A stretch of 64,000 nt of DNA. It comes from an uncultured Acidobacteriota bacterium (lineage in GTDB: Bacteria > Acidobacteriota > Terriglobia > Terriglobales > Acidobacteriaceae). Both the position numbers and the translations under genes were made by a program. The notes beneath the pieces were generated by a model. It was not told the origin of the DNA, searched no databases, and saw only the letters and a program-made list of their open reading frames with translations. Numbering within the stretch: position 1 is the stretch's first letter; every line of letters begins with the position of its first letter. The stretch is taken from the NCBI GenBank assembly GCA_963796925.1, contig CAWCNH010000002.1:339462-403461 (forward strand), written 5' to 3'. Of the stretch, positions 9,986-18,555 are shown in pieces.

Positions 9986-11392
9986 TTGAAGAGAATCCTG
10001 TGGCTCCCGCTACTCACGCTATTTACGTCACTCTGTTATGCGCAGCAGGAAACGGTGGTTATCCGCCCGCAGTCAAGCGACGACGTCCTGCAGAATCCAA
10101 ATATGGGCATTACGACCTTCAACCGTTTCAACGGTCAAGCTTTGAATCCCGCGCTGAAATGGTCGGAAGTTGGCCCGGTTGAAAAAGTTTCGCAGGCTGC
10201 TACTAAGCCGGATTTTCCAGCAACCACGATTGCCTATCTCCGCTGGTACTGGAATGCGCTGGAGCCAGAGCGCGGAAAATATCGCTGGGACATTATCGAT
10301 CTGGCGCTGCAAGAGGCGCAGGCGCACGGGCAGACGCTGGCCATCCGCCTCATGCCTTATTCCAATCAGGACCCACTGCCCGCCTGGTATGCATCGACCG
10401 GGGCTCGCCGAGCCAACAAGCCGACTGACAAAGACGGCGCCATCTGGCAGCCGGATTTTTCTGATCCTATTTATCTGAAGCTGTGGGGCGAACTGGTTGC
10501 CGAAGCCGGTCGCCGCTATGATGGGAACCCCTACCTGGATAGCGTGGACATTTCTTCGGTTGGATACTGGGGTGAAGGCTGGAGCCCCTACATGCCCAGC
10601 TTCCAAGACCAAAAGGGTCTGATCGACATTTGGTTCGACGCCTTTCCTAACACAACATTGCTGATGAATTTCGATGAGCCGCACGCGCTGACTTACGGGA
10701 CCAGTCGAGGCGCCGGGTGGCGGCTGGATTGCCTGGGCGATCTGCGGGTGAAATCGGACAATCCATATTTTCAACCGGAGATGTTGGACGTCTATCCGCA
10801 GCAAGTGGTCCGTGCCGGTGTTCAGGATGTCTGGCAAAAGCAGCCGGTTTCGCTCGAGGTGTGCGGCACAGTTTCAGAGTGGAAGAGAGACAACTTCGAC
10901 CTGAACTACATTCTGGAGCAGGCTCTGCGCTGGCACGTGACCTCGGTGAATTTGAAATCGTCACCGATCCCCGACGACTGGAAAGCAGAGTTCGATTCTT
11001 TCCAGAAAAAAATTGGATACCGCTTGCTCCTGCGCCGGCTGGAATATCCCAAGGCAGTCTCGGCGGGATCAATGATGCCGGTCCACATGTGGTGGCTGAA
11101 CGCTGGCGTGGCCCCGCCTTACGTCAATTATCCGTTGGCCGTGCAACTGCGATCTGCGAACGACAATGTTGTCATCAATATCCCTGTAGACGTGCGGAAA
11201 TGGCTTCCGGGTGATGCGGTGTTCGATGGAAGTCTCTATGTTCCGGGGAGTTTGACGGAGGGCGACTACGATTTCCGGGTCGCCATGCTTGATCCGCGAA
11301 GCGGAAAACCGGCGGTGCGCTTTGGAATTGTGGGGCGCGATGGGGATGGCTGGTACAGCGAAGGTCAGATTCGAGTGACTATGCAGCATTAG
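9986..11392 (+). CDS. secreted glycoside-hydrolase-like protein (DUF4832 / GH42-like TIM-barrel type)
   Basis: It has a TTG start with GAGGA 5 nt upstream and a signal peptide (MKRILWLPLLTLFTSLCYAQQ). LRWYWNALEPERGKYRWDIIDLALQEAQAHGQTLAIRLMPY resembles clan-A glycosidase N-terminal strands. The family assignment comes from memory only. Confidence 0.5.
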   Translation: MKRILWLPLLTLFTSLCYAQQETVVIRPQSSDDVLQNPNMGITTFNRFNGQALNPALKWSEVGPVEKVSQAATKPDFPATTIAYLRWYWNALEPERGKYRWDIIDLALQEAQAHGQTLAIRLMPYSNQDPLPAWYASTGARRANKPTDKDGAIWQPDFSDPIYLKLWGELVAEAGRRYDGNPYLDSVDISSVGYWGEGWSPYMPSFQDQKGLIDIWFDAFPNTTLLMNFDEPHALTYGTSRGAGWRLDCLGDLRVKSDNPYFQPEMLDVYPQQVVRAGVQDVWQKQPVSLEVCGTVSEWKRDNFDLNYILEQALRWHVTSVNLKSSPIPDDWKAEFDSFQKKIGYRLLLRRLEYPKAVSAGSMMPVHMWWLNAGVAPPYVNYPLAVQLRSANDNVVINIPVDVRKWLPGDAVFDGSLYVPGSLTEGDYDFRVAMLDPRSGKPAVRFGIVGRDGDGWYSEGQIRVTMQH

Positions 11393-11428
11393 TCACTGCT
11401 TACGGAGGAGTTTGTGACATCAAGCAGG

Positions 11429-11464
11429 TGCACAAACGTCAAAATATGCTTTGACGTTTGTGCA
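11429..11464. terminator. perfect 15-bp stem / 6-nt loop hairpin between convergent genes (bidirectional terminator candidate)
   Basis: TGCACAAACGTCAAA (11429-11443), loop ATATGC, TTTGACGTTTGTGCA (11450-11464). It lies between the stop of the 9986-11392 gene and the stop of the TBDR gene at 11486. Confidence 0.65.
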
Positions 11465-11485
11465 TCCAAGCGACAAGAAATGCGG

Positions 11486-14400
11486 TTAGAAACCGTACTT
11501 CAATCCAAACTGAATCTGGCGCATCGGGATGGCGATGGATGTAATGACTCCGGCGGATCCCGGGCCATCATCAATAAAGTTGTCGGGCTGTGCGAAGTTC
11601 GGATGATTGAGGGCATTGAAGAACTCTGCGCGGAATTCCAGACGCTGCGATTCCGTCAGTTTAAATTCTTTACGAAGCTCCCAATCAAGAACATTTTGTC
11701 CGGGTCCGATCAAACTGTTACGTGGCGCATTACCAAACCTGTATCCGTCCACCGTGTTGTCAATCACGTGAAATGCGTCGATATCAAACCAATGATCGGG
11801 AGTGCGCTGGTCACGGGGAAGATTGCCGTCTTTTAGCTGATCGGGACGTGGGACGCCCTGGGTTCCGGTGTTGGACTGGTCGTCGTTTTGATAGGCGGAG
11901 AAGGGAAATCCGCTTGCAAGGGTATAAATGCCGCCCAAGTGCCATCCTCCTAGCACAGCATTTATCGCGCGATTGTCGATGTGAGAATGGGTGCCGCCAA
12001 AGGGTATCTCGTAGTCAAAGCTCAAAACCCAGCGTAGCTTCTGGTTGAAGTCAGCCACGCTCCGCTCTGCGCCCAGGTTATAGCTGTCCTGTGCGAACGG
12101 TGCATTACAGCAAATTTCAGGAAGATCGTTGATGGCTTTGCTATATGTGAAGGCGCTCAGCATGTAGAGACCATGACTTGCATGCTTCTCGACTTTCATC
12201 TGAAGCGAATTGTAGTTGGAGTTGCCGACGCTTCGAATCGCAGTGAATCCGCCAAATTGAGGAAATGGCCTGCGAGACTGCACGTCACCGGGACCGGGCA
12301 CACGAACCTGATTGGGATCAGTCACCGATTGCAGATGGGTGCCCTTGGAACCGGCATAGGCGAGTTCAATGCTGATCGCCGCCGGCAGTGAACGCTGCAC
12401 CGCAAGATTCCAGCTCTGATAGTAAGGAGTGTCGAGGTGTGAGTCGACGCTGGTCACGCCAGCGTTACCTGCCTGGCTCGGATCCAATACGGGGAATCCT
12501 TGCGAGACGGTAAATGCGGGCGCGGCTGCTGGATCGTTGATAAACAAAGGCTCAAAGAAAAATGGCAGGTTGTACGCCAGTTGCAGCGGCGCAGCAGTGC
12601 GGATTTCCTGGCCGCTGAAGAATATGCCGTAAGCGCCACGAATCACGGTATTGCCGCTGGCGGTTGGGGTCCAGGCAAAACCAACGCGGGGAGCGAAGTT
12701 CTTCTTGTCCCCCTCGACCAGGCTGTCAGAATGACCGCTGGTGCCGGCCGCGATCAGCGTTCCAGTTGCGTAATCGAAATTGCTTTGACGATTGTTGGCC
12801 TCGACCGCAGGAGAGAAGTAGTCATAGCGTAATCCCAGATTGAGGGTGAGGCGGGGGGTGACTTTCCAATCGTCCTGAATGAACAATGACGGTACGTGCT
12901 GCCGGTTATAGAGACCGATGATGGTCGAAATATTGGCGCGGCTGGGCAATCCCAGAAACATGTCAGCCAATGAACTGCCGCTGTACTGGCCATTGAAAGA
13001 GAATTGTCCGCGCGGCGCGGCTTCCTGCGAAATATTGAACTGGCTCCAGCGGAGCTCTCCGCCAACCTTGATGGTATGTGCCCTGTGTGTCCAGCTGAGC
13101 ACGTCGGTAATCTGACGTTCCTGGCTGGTGAGAATCGTGGGCGCGAATCGGGGATCTCCGACACGCGCAAACGCACTTGGAGCGAACAGAGTCAGCCCGT
13201 TGACGCGATCATCGTGAGGGACGCCGGGAACCTGAAGCTCAGCCGGTGGAAGATTCGTGCCACCCTCTGGCACGCCGCGATCGACGTGCACGTGATTGAA
13301 CCCGATGCGAGCCTCGTTCACGGTGGTTGGGCTAAACACGTGGGTGAATCCTAATGAAGCACCGTAAGTGTCTTCCTGGCCTACGCCGGTGCTGGAGTTG
13401 CCGCCATTCGCCAAGCCGGGCAACGGTGAAGGACGAATATCCGTCCGCCTGCTCATCGAGTAGCGCAGGAAAAACTGATCACGCTGCGAACGGTTGTAAT
13501 CTGCCCGAAGGTCGCCCTCATTAATGGAGTCGCGTTCAATAGGGAAAATGACATAACGGCTGTTGGGCTGATTAGCGTCAGGATAGAGATTCATATAGGC
13601 CTGGCTAATCGGGTCGATGCGGTCGGCGGGAATAATATTTCCGAGAAAAGGATTGCCCGTCTCGGGATCGGTAATTGGTGGATCCGCGGAGAAATTTCCG
13701 GCACGTTCGTCGGCCGTAGGGACCTTCGAATTGAAATTGAGCGGATTGCGAATGCGCGTTCCCTGATAATCGCCAAACCAGAAAAGCTTGTCTTTCACAA
13801 TCGGACCGCCCAGGGTCCCGCCAAATTGGTTCTGCTTGAAAGATGCCTTCGTCGTGCCGGGAACTTCAAAGTAGTCGCGCGCGTCCAGTGCGGAATTTCT
13901 AAAAAACTCGAACACATTGCCGTGATACTTGTTGGTTCCAGATTTGGTGATGGCATTCACCACAGCGCCGCCGCTGCGTCCAAATTCCGCAGAGTAGCTG
14001 TTGGTTTGCAGCTTGAATTCCTGGATGGCGTCCACGTTAGTGCGCAGCACCACGCCGCCATTGTCGTTGGAGTTGTTGTCGATTCCGTCGAGCAGGAAAT
14101 TGTTCAAGGTTCCACGAGTGCCGTTGGCGACAAAACTGTTTACACCGCCTGTGCTGCTGCCGCCGGAGTTGCCGTTGGTCCCGGAACTGGTGCGAACAAC
14201 GCCGGTGCTCAGAGTGGCGAGTTGAACGTAGTCGCGACCGTTGAGCGGCAGTTCGGTAATCTGAGTTGCAGCGATGACTTGGCCTAGTGACGACGTTTCC
14301 GATTGAATAACCGGGGTGTCGGCCGTCACTTCAATATTTTCCGAAACCGCGCCGACGGCCATATCGAAATCCATGCGCAAACGGTCTTGCACCCTGAGAG

Positions 14401-14680
14401 TGACGGTGCTGCGCGTCTGCGTCTTGAAGCCCTGAGCTTCAGCAATCACTTTATATTCGCCGGGTCGCATTGGTGGAGAAACGAATTCTCCCGATTCGTC
14501 AGCTTGTGTCTTCAGGGTGGCATTGGTGTTGACGTCTATAAAAGTAACGGAGGCTGCTGCGACTGCTGCGCCTTGGCTATCACGGACACTGCCGGCAATC
14601 GTTCCCGTATCCACCTGTGCAAAGAGTGCCGCGCACATCGCCAACGACAGCAAACAGAACAAACCAATTCGTCGCGTCAT
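11486..14680 (-). CDS. TonB-dependent receptor with N-terminal carboxypeptidase-regulatory-like domain
   Basis: It has a signal peptide (MTRRIGLFCLLSLAMCAALFAQ). A CarboxypepD_reg-like segment follows (GTIAGSVRDSQGAAV...GEYKVIAEAQGF). A plug region and a long barrel follow, ending in LKYGF. Confidence 0.9.
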   Translation of the reverse strand: MTRRIGLFCLLSLAMCAALFAQVDTGTIAGSVRDSQGAAVAAASVTFIDVNTNATLKTQADESGEFVSPPMRPGEYKVIAEAQGFKTQTRSTVTLRVQDRLRMDFDMAVGAVSENIEVTADTPVIQSETSSLGQVIAATQITELPLNGRDYVQLATLSTGVVRTSSGTNGNSGGSSTGGVNSFVANGTRGTLNNFLLDGIDNNSNDNGGVVLRTNVDAIQEFKLQTNSYSAEFGRSGGAVVNAITKSGTNKYHGNVFEFFRNSALDARDYFEVPGTTKASFKQNQFGGTLGGPIVKDKLFWFGDYQGTRIRNPLNFNSKVPTADERAGNFSADPPITDPETGNPFLGNIIPADRIDPISQAYMNLYPDANQPNSRYVIFPIERDSINEGDLRADYNRSQRDQFFLRYSMSRRTDIRPSPLPGLANGGNSSTGVGQEDTYGASLGFTHVFSPTTVNEARIGFNHVHVDRGVPEGGTNLPPAELQVPGVPHDDRVNGLTLFAPSAFARVGDPRFAPTILTSQERQITDVLSWTHRAHTIKVGGELRWSQFNISQEAAPRGQFSFNGQYSGSSLADMFLGLPSRANISTIIGLYNRQHVPSLFIQDDWKVTPRLTLNLGLRYDYFSPAVEANNRQSNFDYATGTLIAAGTSGHSDSLVEGDKKNFAPRVGFAWTPTASGNTVIRGAYGIFFSGQEIRTAAPLQLAYNLPFFFEPLFINDPAAAPAFTVSQGFPVLDPSQAGNAGVTSVDSHLDTPYYQSWNLAVQRSLPAAISIELAYAGSKGTHLQSVTDPNQVRVPGPGDVQSRRPFPQFGGFTAIRSVGNSNYNSLQMKVEKHASHGLYMLSAFTYSKAINDLPEICCNAPFAQDSYNLGAERSVADFNQKLRWVLSFDYEIPFGGTHSHIDNRAINAVLGGWHLGGIYTLASGFPFSAYQNDDQSNTGTQGVPRPDQLKDGNLPRDQRTPDHWFDIDAFHVIDNTVDGYRFGNAPRNSLIGPGQNVLDWELRKEFKLTESQRLEFRAEFFNALNHPNFAQPDNFIDDGPGSAGVITSIAIPMRQIQFGLKYGF

Positions 14681-14941
14681 AACTCCCCCATTTTGTGGCT
14701 AGATATCCCTGAAAATAGAAAGCATTAGAACATGAAAGGAAAGCAAAGTACAAGAGATTCGGAGTAAACATAAAGAAATAAAAAGTAATACAAACTATTA
14801 GAAGTTTTTATGAGGGCAGCGTCCGCCGGGATGGAAGTCGCTGGTTAGTGGTGGCGAGCAGTGTGCTTCACAGACCCACTTTTTGGTGGACGAGGCCCTG
14901 TTGCATCGTCAAATGCGGCTTTTCTAAGGCTAAGCGGCGCG

Positions 14942-16222
14942 TTACAGGACGTGTTCTTGCAGTGTGGCAGGTGCCAAGTGAGAGTGGCCGGGGACGGTTT
15001 GCCGCACACTTTCTCTCCGAATAAGTTCTGTAGGCATAACCAGTTGTTGAGGCGGCAGGTCAGGCTCATTGATTCTGCGAATGGTGAATTCCGCCAAGTG
15101 AACGCCCAACTCACGCGGAAATTCGCGCACGGTTGTCAGTCCGGGATGCAGCACTTCTCCAATCGTATCGTTGAAGCCGGCGACGCTGATATCATCGGGG
15201 ATGCGGATTCCTGATTCCTGCAAGGCCTGGTAAACGCCGGAAGCCGCTTGATCGGTACCGACAAAAAGAGCGGTGGGCCGCTCGCCGCTGGTGAGCAAGG
15301 ACTTAACTGCAAGGTAGCCTAGTTCACGGTCTTCCGAGCCAATCTCGCTGAACCGTGGTTCGAGATCCGCTTCCTTCATCGCTTGCCGATAACCACGGGC
15401 GCAGCGCGCAAACCACGGCAAACGCTGATTGCCGATATACCAGATATTGCGGTGGCCCTGAGAAATCAGATAACGGGTGATCTCGGCGGACCCGCGAACA
15501 TCGTCGGTAAAAACGCAATCGTATCGTTCCGGTTGCCAGTCTCCTACAATGTTGTTTCCCACCAGAGAGAAAGGGATGTTTCTATCGGTTAGCGCCGCGA
15601 GAATATTGGCGGAATGTGTCCCGCTCAAAATCACACCTCCGGTCCGGCTCGCCTCGGTCAACGCTTCGGGAAGGACCACACTACCGGACGGCGCGCTCAG
15701 GTCGGAGCGAAAAGAAATAAAATGCAGACCCCAGTCGTGGCTGGTGCAAAATCCCTCTGCCCCCAGAAGAATTTTAGACTGAAATTCATTTATGATGTCG
15801 CGATTTCCAAGAACAAATGTAATCGTACGATTACTGGATTCAGAGGCCAGGCTGACCCCGAGATCGTTTGCCGCTGCAACTACCGAAGCTTGCACCGAAG
15901 GCGCGATGTCCTGGCTTCCCTGGGCAATGCGTGAAACAGTATTTAAGCTGACTTTTGCGCGTCTCGCGACGTCTGCATATCGCTTAGGGTCCCGTGCAGC
16001 GGCACCCTTATGGCCTGCTTCGAGCTTGCGCACGGCTCCCCCATGCGATCGTATTGCCAAACCTTCGGCACACAATGCATCAATGTCGGCGCGGGCGGTG
16101 ACTGCGGAGACCGCAAAGCGCGAGACTAATTCGCGGACCGTGATCTGACCCTTTTGCTCGATCAGTTCTAGAACTTTGCGTCTACGCTGTTCCGCTAAAA
16201 GACGGGAATCTTTAAACGCCAT
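14942..16222 (-). CDS. transcriptional regulator with DeoR-type wHTH + LacI-type HTH + periplasmic-binding-protein-like sugar-binding domain
   Basis: The DeoR-like N-terminus is RRRKVLELIEQKGQITVRELVSRFAVSAVTARADIDALCAEGLAIRSHGGA. A LacI-like HTH follows (YADVARRAKVSLNTVSRIAQGSQDIAPSVQASVVAAANDLG). A LacI/PBP1 core follows (ALFVGTDQAASGVYQALQESGIRIPDDISVAGFND). The start is taken as ATG 16222, preceded by GGAAGAGGA. The ORF track extends to 16294. Confidence 0.8.
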   Translation of the reverse strand: MAFKDSRLLAEQRRRKVLELIEQKGQITVRELVSRFAVSAVTARADIDALCAEGLAIRSHGGAVRKLEAGHKGAAARDPKRYADVARRAKVSLNTVSRIAQGSQDIAPSVQASVVAAANDLGVSLASESSNRTITFVLGNRDIINEFQSKILLGAEGFCTSHDWGLHFISFRSDLSAPSGSVVLPEALTEASRTGGVILSGTHSANILAALTDRNIPFSLVGNNIVGDWQPERYDCVFTDDVRGSAEITRYLISQGHRNIWYIGNQRLPWFARCARGYRQAMKEADLEPRFSEIGSEDRELGYLAVKSLLTSGERPTALFVGTDQAASGVYQALQESGIRIPDDISVAGFNDTIGEVLHPGLTTVREFPRELGVHLAEFTIRRINEPDLPPQQLVMPTELIRRESVRQTVPGHSHLAPATLQEHVL

Positions 16223-16493
16223 GTTCCTCTTCCTTAAATGGCCTGCGAACGGCCGCGCAAGGGCGATTTTATACGCCATGACAGAAGAAAACAAACGAAA
16301 GTATCAAGCCGTAAATCCAGACTCGTGACGGCCGGAAGCCGATGATTATTGAGGACTTTGCTGCTTCGGCGGAAATATGAATCGGGGCGAGAACTTATTT
16401 GTTTTATTTTCGTGTGCTTTCTTTTTATTATTGTCTTGACCCTCGTCCGCTTGAAATTGCCCAGGGTCGGCTTGGACCTTCCAGCCTATCGAA

Positions 16494-18524
16494 CTACTGT
16501 CGAACCCTCGCCCCGTCAGGCAGGAGGTATTGAATCGGCCATATTTCCCTTTTTTCGTCCACGATGTCAGACCAATTGACCTTGATACCCCCAGAGCTTG
16601 GATAGGCCGTTAATTTAGGAAAAACTCGCTCTGCCGAAATCGCCAAGTTCGCAGCTTCTGCTTCACCCACTACAGAAATCTTGTCCGATTTCAAATGCAG
16701 CCGTGCGAATCGAGAAGCAATTTCCACGTCTTCTATCATCTGGAGAAAATAAGGACGTCCGGTAAGAAGAGAGTTGTACACGTATTCTGCCAGCACACTG
16801 GATAGGGGATTTATATAGGCGTCGTCGTAGTTGAGCTGGCCGAGGAGCGGGTCGTCCGGTGAAATGGCCTTGTATGGCATCCGCGTTTCGCCGAGTCCGC
16901 GGAAGTCAAACGAAACCACCTCGTACCCGGCATCCAAATACTTGCTCATTGCTGGCCAGTCTTCTATGCCTGCTTTTCCCTTGCTGGAGAACCACAAGAG
17001 CAAATTGTGATTTCTGGATGCAGGCCGGTAAATATGGAGCAAAGGCATTACTAATTCGCCGCTGTGATGCAGTAAATATTTGTCGATTGTGACCTCTCCG
17101 ATTCTAGTGCTTCCGACAGCTTCCCACGCAATGGCATGATCCGTAGCGAACTCACCTTTAAATTCTCCAACTCCCCAACTGCGAATTTCCGGATAGCTTT
17201 TACCGTAATAGAGCTCTTCCAGAGAATGCGTGGCACTGTTCTTGCGCTCCAGGGAGTACTGGCGTATTTCATCCATGAGCGATTTCGCGTCGTCATAATC
17301 CGTCATCACCTGTCCAGTGCGGGTGCATTGCAAGGCTGGAACATCGAGTTCTTTGGTAGGGGGAAGTTCTTTAGCCTCCGGCAGACCATTAAAGTGGTCG
17401 AGAAAGTGGATGGCTGCACGCTGATTCTCCACCGAATATTGATGTTCGTTATAACTCGCGGTCATCCCAATGCGGTCTGCATGACCGAAGCGACTGTAAA
17501 GACTGGCGGCTTCGCGAAAAGTTTTGCCAGTGCCTTCGATAGGAAAAAAATCGAGAACCGCAGCAGCTACAAAAACCGGACGAGGATACATCAGCAGCAA
17601 CAATCCGGAATGATCCAGGCCTTCGGAAATCATGCCATAAAGGTCCTGCTCTGGATCGCTGTCTGGGTCCTTGAAGATTCGGTTGTACATCCGCATTGGC
17701 AGGGAGGTGATGTAGCAGGAGGGAACAACCACTTTGATGCGTGGGTCAAGTGCCGCGATCAGAGCAGTTTGGGTTCCGCCTCCACTGGTCCCGGTAATGT
17801 TGATGCGTTCGGAATCCACTTCTGGACGGGTAAGCAAATAATCGACCGCACGAATGCCATCCCAAATTTCCCAGCGCGCAAGATTTGTTCCGGCAAGATA
17901 CGCCAAGTTCCCGATTATTGCGTGCTCCGCACAAATCAGGTTGTAGCGGCTTTTTTTAAATTTGGCGTCCCAGAACTGGCTACGCTCACCTTGTCCCAGC
18001 GTATCCCATGAAATCACAACATATCCGCGATGTACCAAGCGTTGGGCGAGCGCCTGGTAATAAGCTTTGCCCGCGGGTGCGTGGCCGCAGGGAACCAGAA
18101 TTCCCGGGTGTTTCTTCCCGGCATCGGGCACATACAGCAGCGCCGTTACGTAAATGCCGGGCAAGCTTTGGTAAATCAGCTTCTCAATATGAAACCCGTC
18201 CATCTGAAGGCGCCCGGTAATCTGCGGGTGCAATGGAGTTTTTTCCTTGGGCAAACCTCCGACCATTGCCAAAAGTTTGCCCCGCAATTCTTCTTGTAGA
18301 CGAAGCAACTCGCTCTCGTCGTGAAGCTGCTCAAAACGTTTTCGGCGAATTTCGTCCTGCTGCCAAGCGATATTTACCTGGTACCTCAAGTACGGTGTAA
18401 TTTGGGCTCCCGTTGCCGATGGTGACGGCAATACCAAAAGATCTTCCGGGCGAGGAATATCCTCGGCCGACGCAATTGCAGCCGTGAAGAATGTGAAGCA
18501 GATTAAAAGTGTGGGCCACTTCAT
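16494..18524 (-). CDS. secreted alpha/beta-hydrolase (acetyl-xylan-esterase / S9-like esterase)
   Basis: The signal peptide is MKWPTLLICFTFFTAAIASA, with the start at ATG 18524. The nucleophile elbow is GTSGGGTQT. The overall layout is alpha/beta-hydrolase-like. Confidence 0.7.
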   Translation of the reverse strand: MKWPTLLICFTFFTAAIASAEDIPRPEDLLVLPSPSATGAQITPYLRYQVNIAWQQDEIRRKRFEQLHDESELLRLQEELRGKLLAMVGGLPKEKTPLHPQITGRLQMDGFHIEKLIYQSLPGIYVTALLYVPDAGKKHPGILVPCGHAPAGKAYYQALAQRLVHRGYVVISWDTLGQGERSQFWDAKFKKSRYNLICAEHAIIGNLAYLAGTNLARWEIWDGIRAVDYLLTRPEVDSERINITGTSGGGTQTALIAALDPRIKVVVPSCYITSLPMRMYNRIFKDPDSDPEQDLYGMISEGLDHSGLLLLMYPRPVFVAAAVLDFFPIEGTGKTFREAASLYSRFGHADRIGMTASYNEHQYSVENQRAAIHFLDHFNGLPEAKELPPTKELDVPALQCTRTGQVMTDYDDAKSLMDEIRQYSLERKNSATHSLEELYYGKSYPEIRSWGVGEFKGEFATDHAIAWEAVGSTRIGEVTIDKYLLHHSGELVMPLLHIYRPASRNHNLLLWFSSKGKAGIEDWPAMSKYLDAGYEVVSFDFRGLGETRMPYKAISPDDPLLGQLNYDDAYINPLSSVLAEYVYNSLLTGRPYFLQMIEDVEIASRFARLHLKSDKISVVGEAEAANLAISAERVFPKLTAYPSSGGIKVNWSDIVDEKREIWPIQYLLPDGARVRQ

Positions 18525-18555
18525 GAGCTTTCCCCGTGTTCTGTGGTTGGCATTT

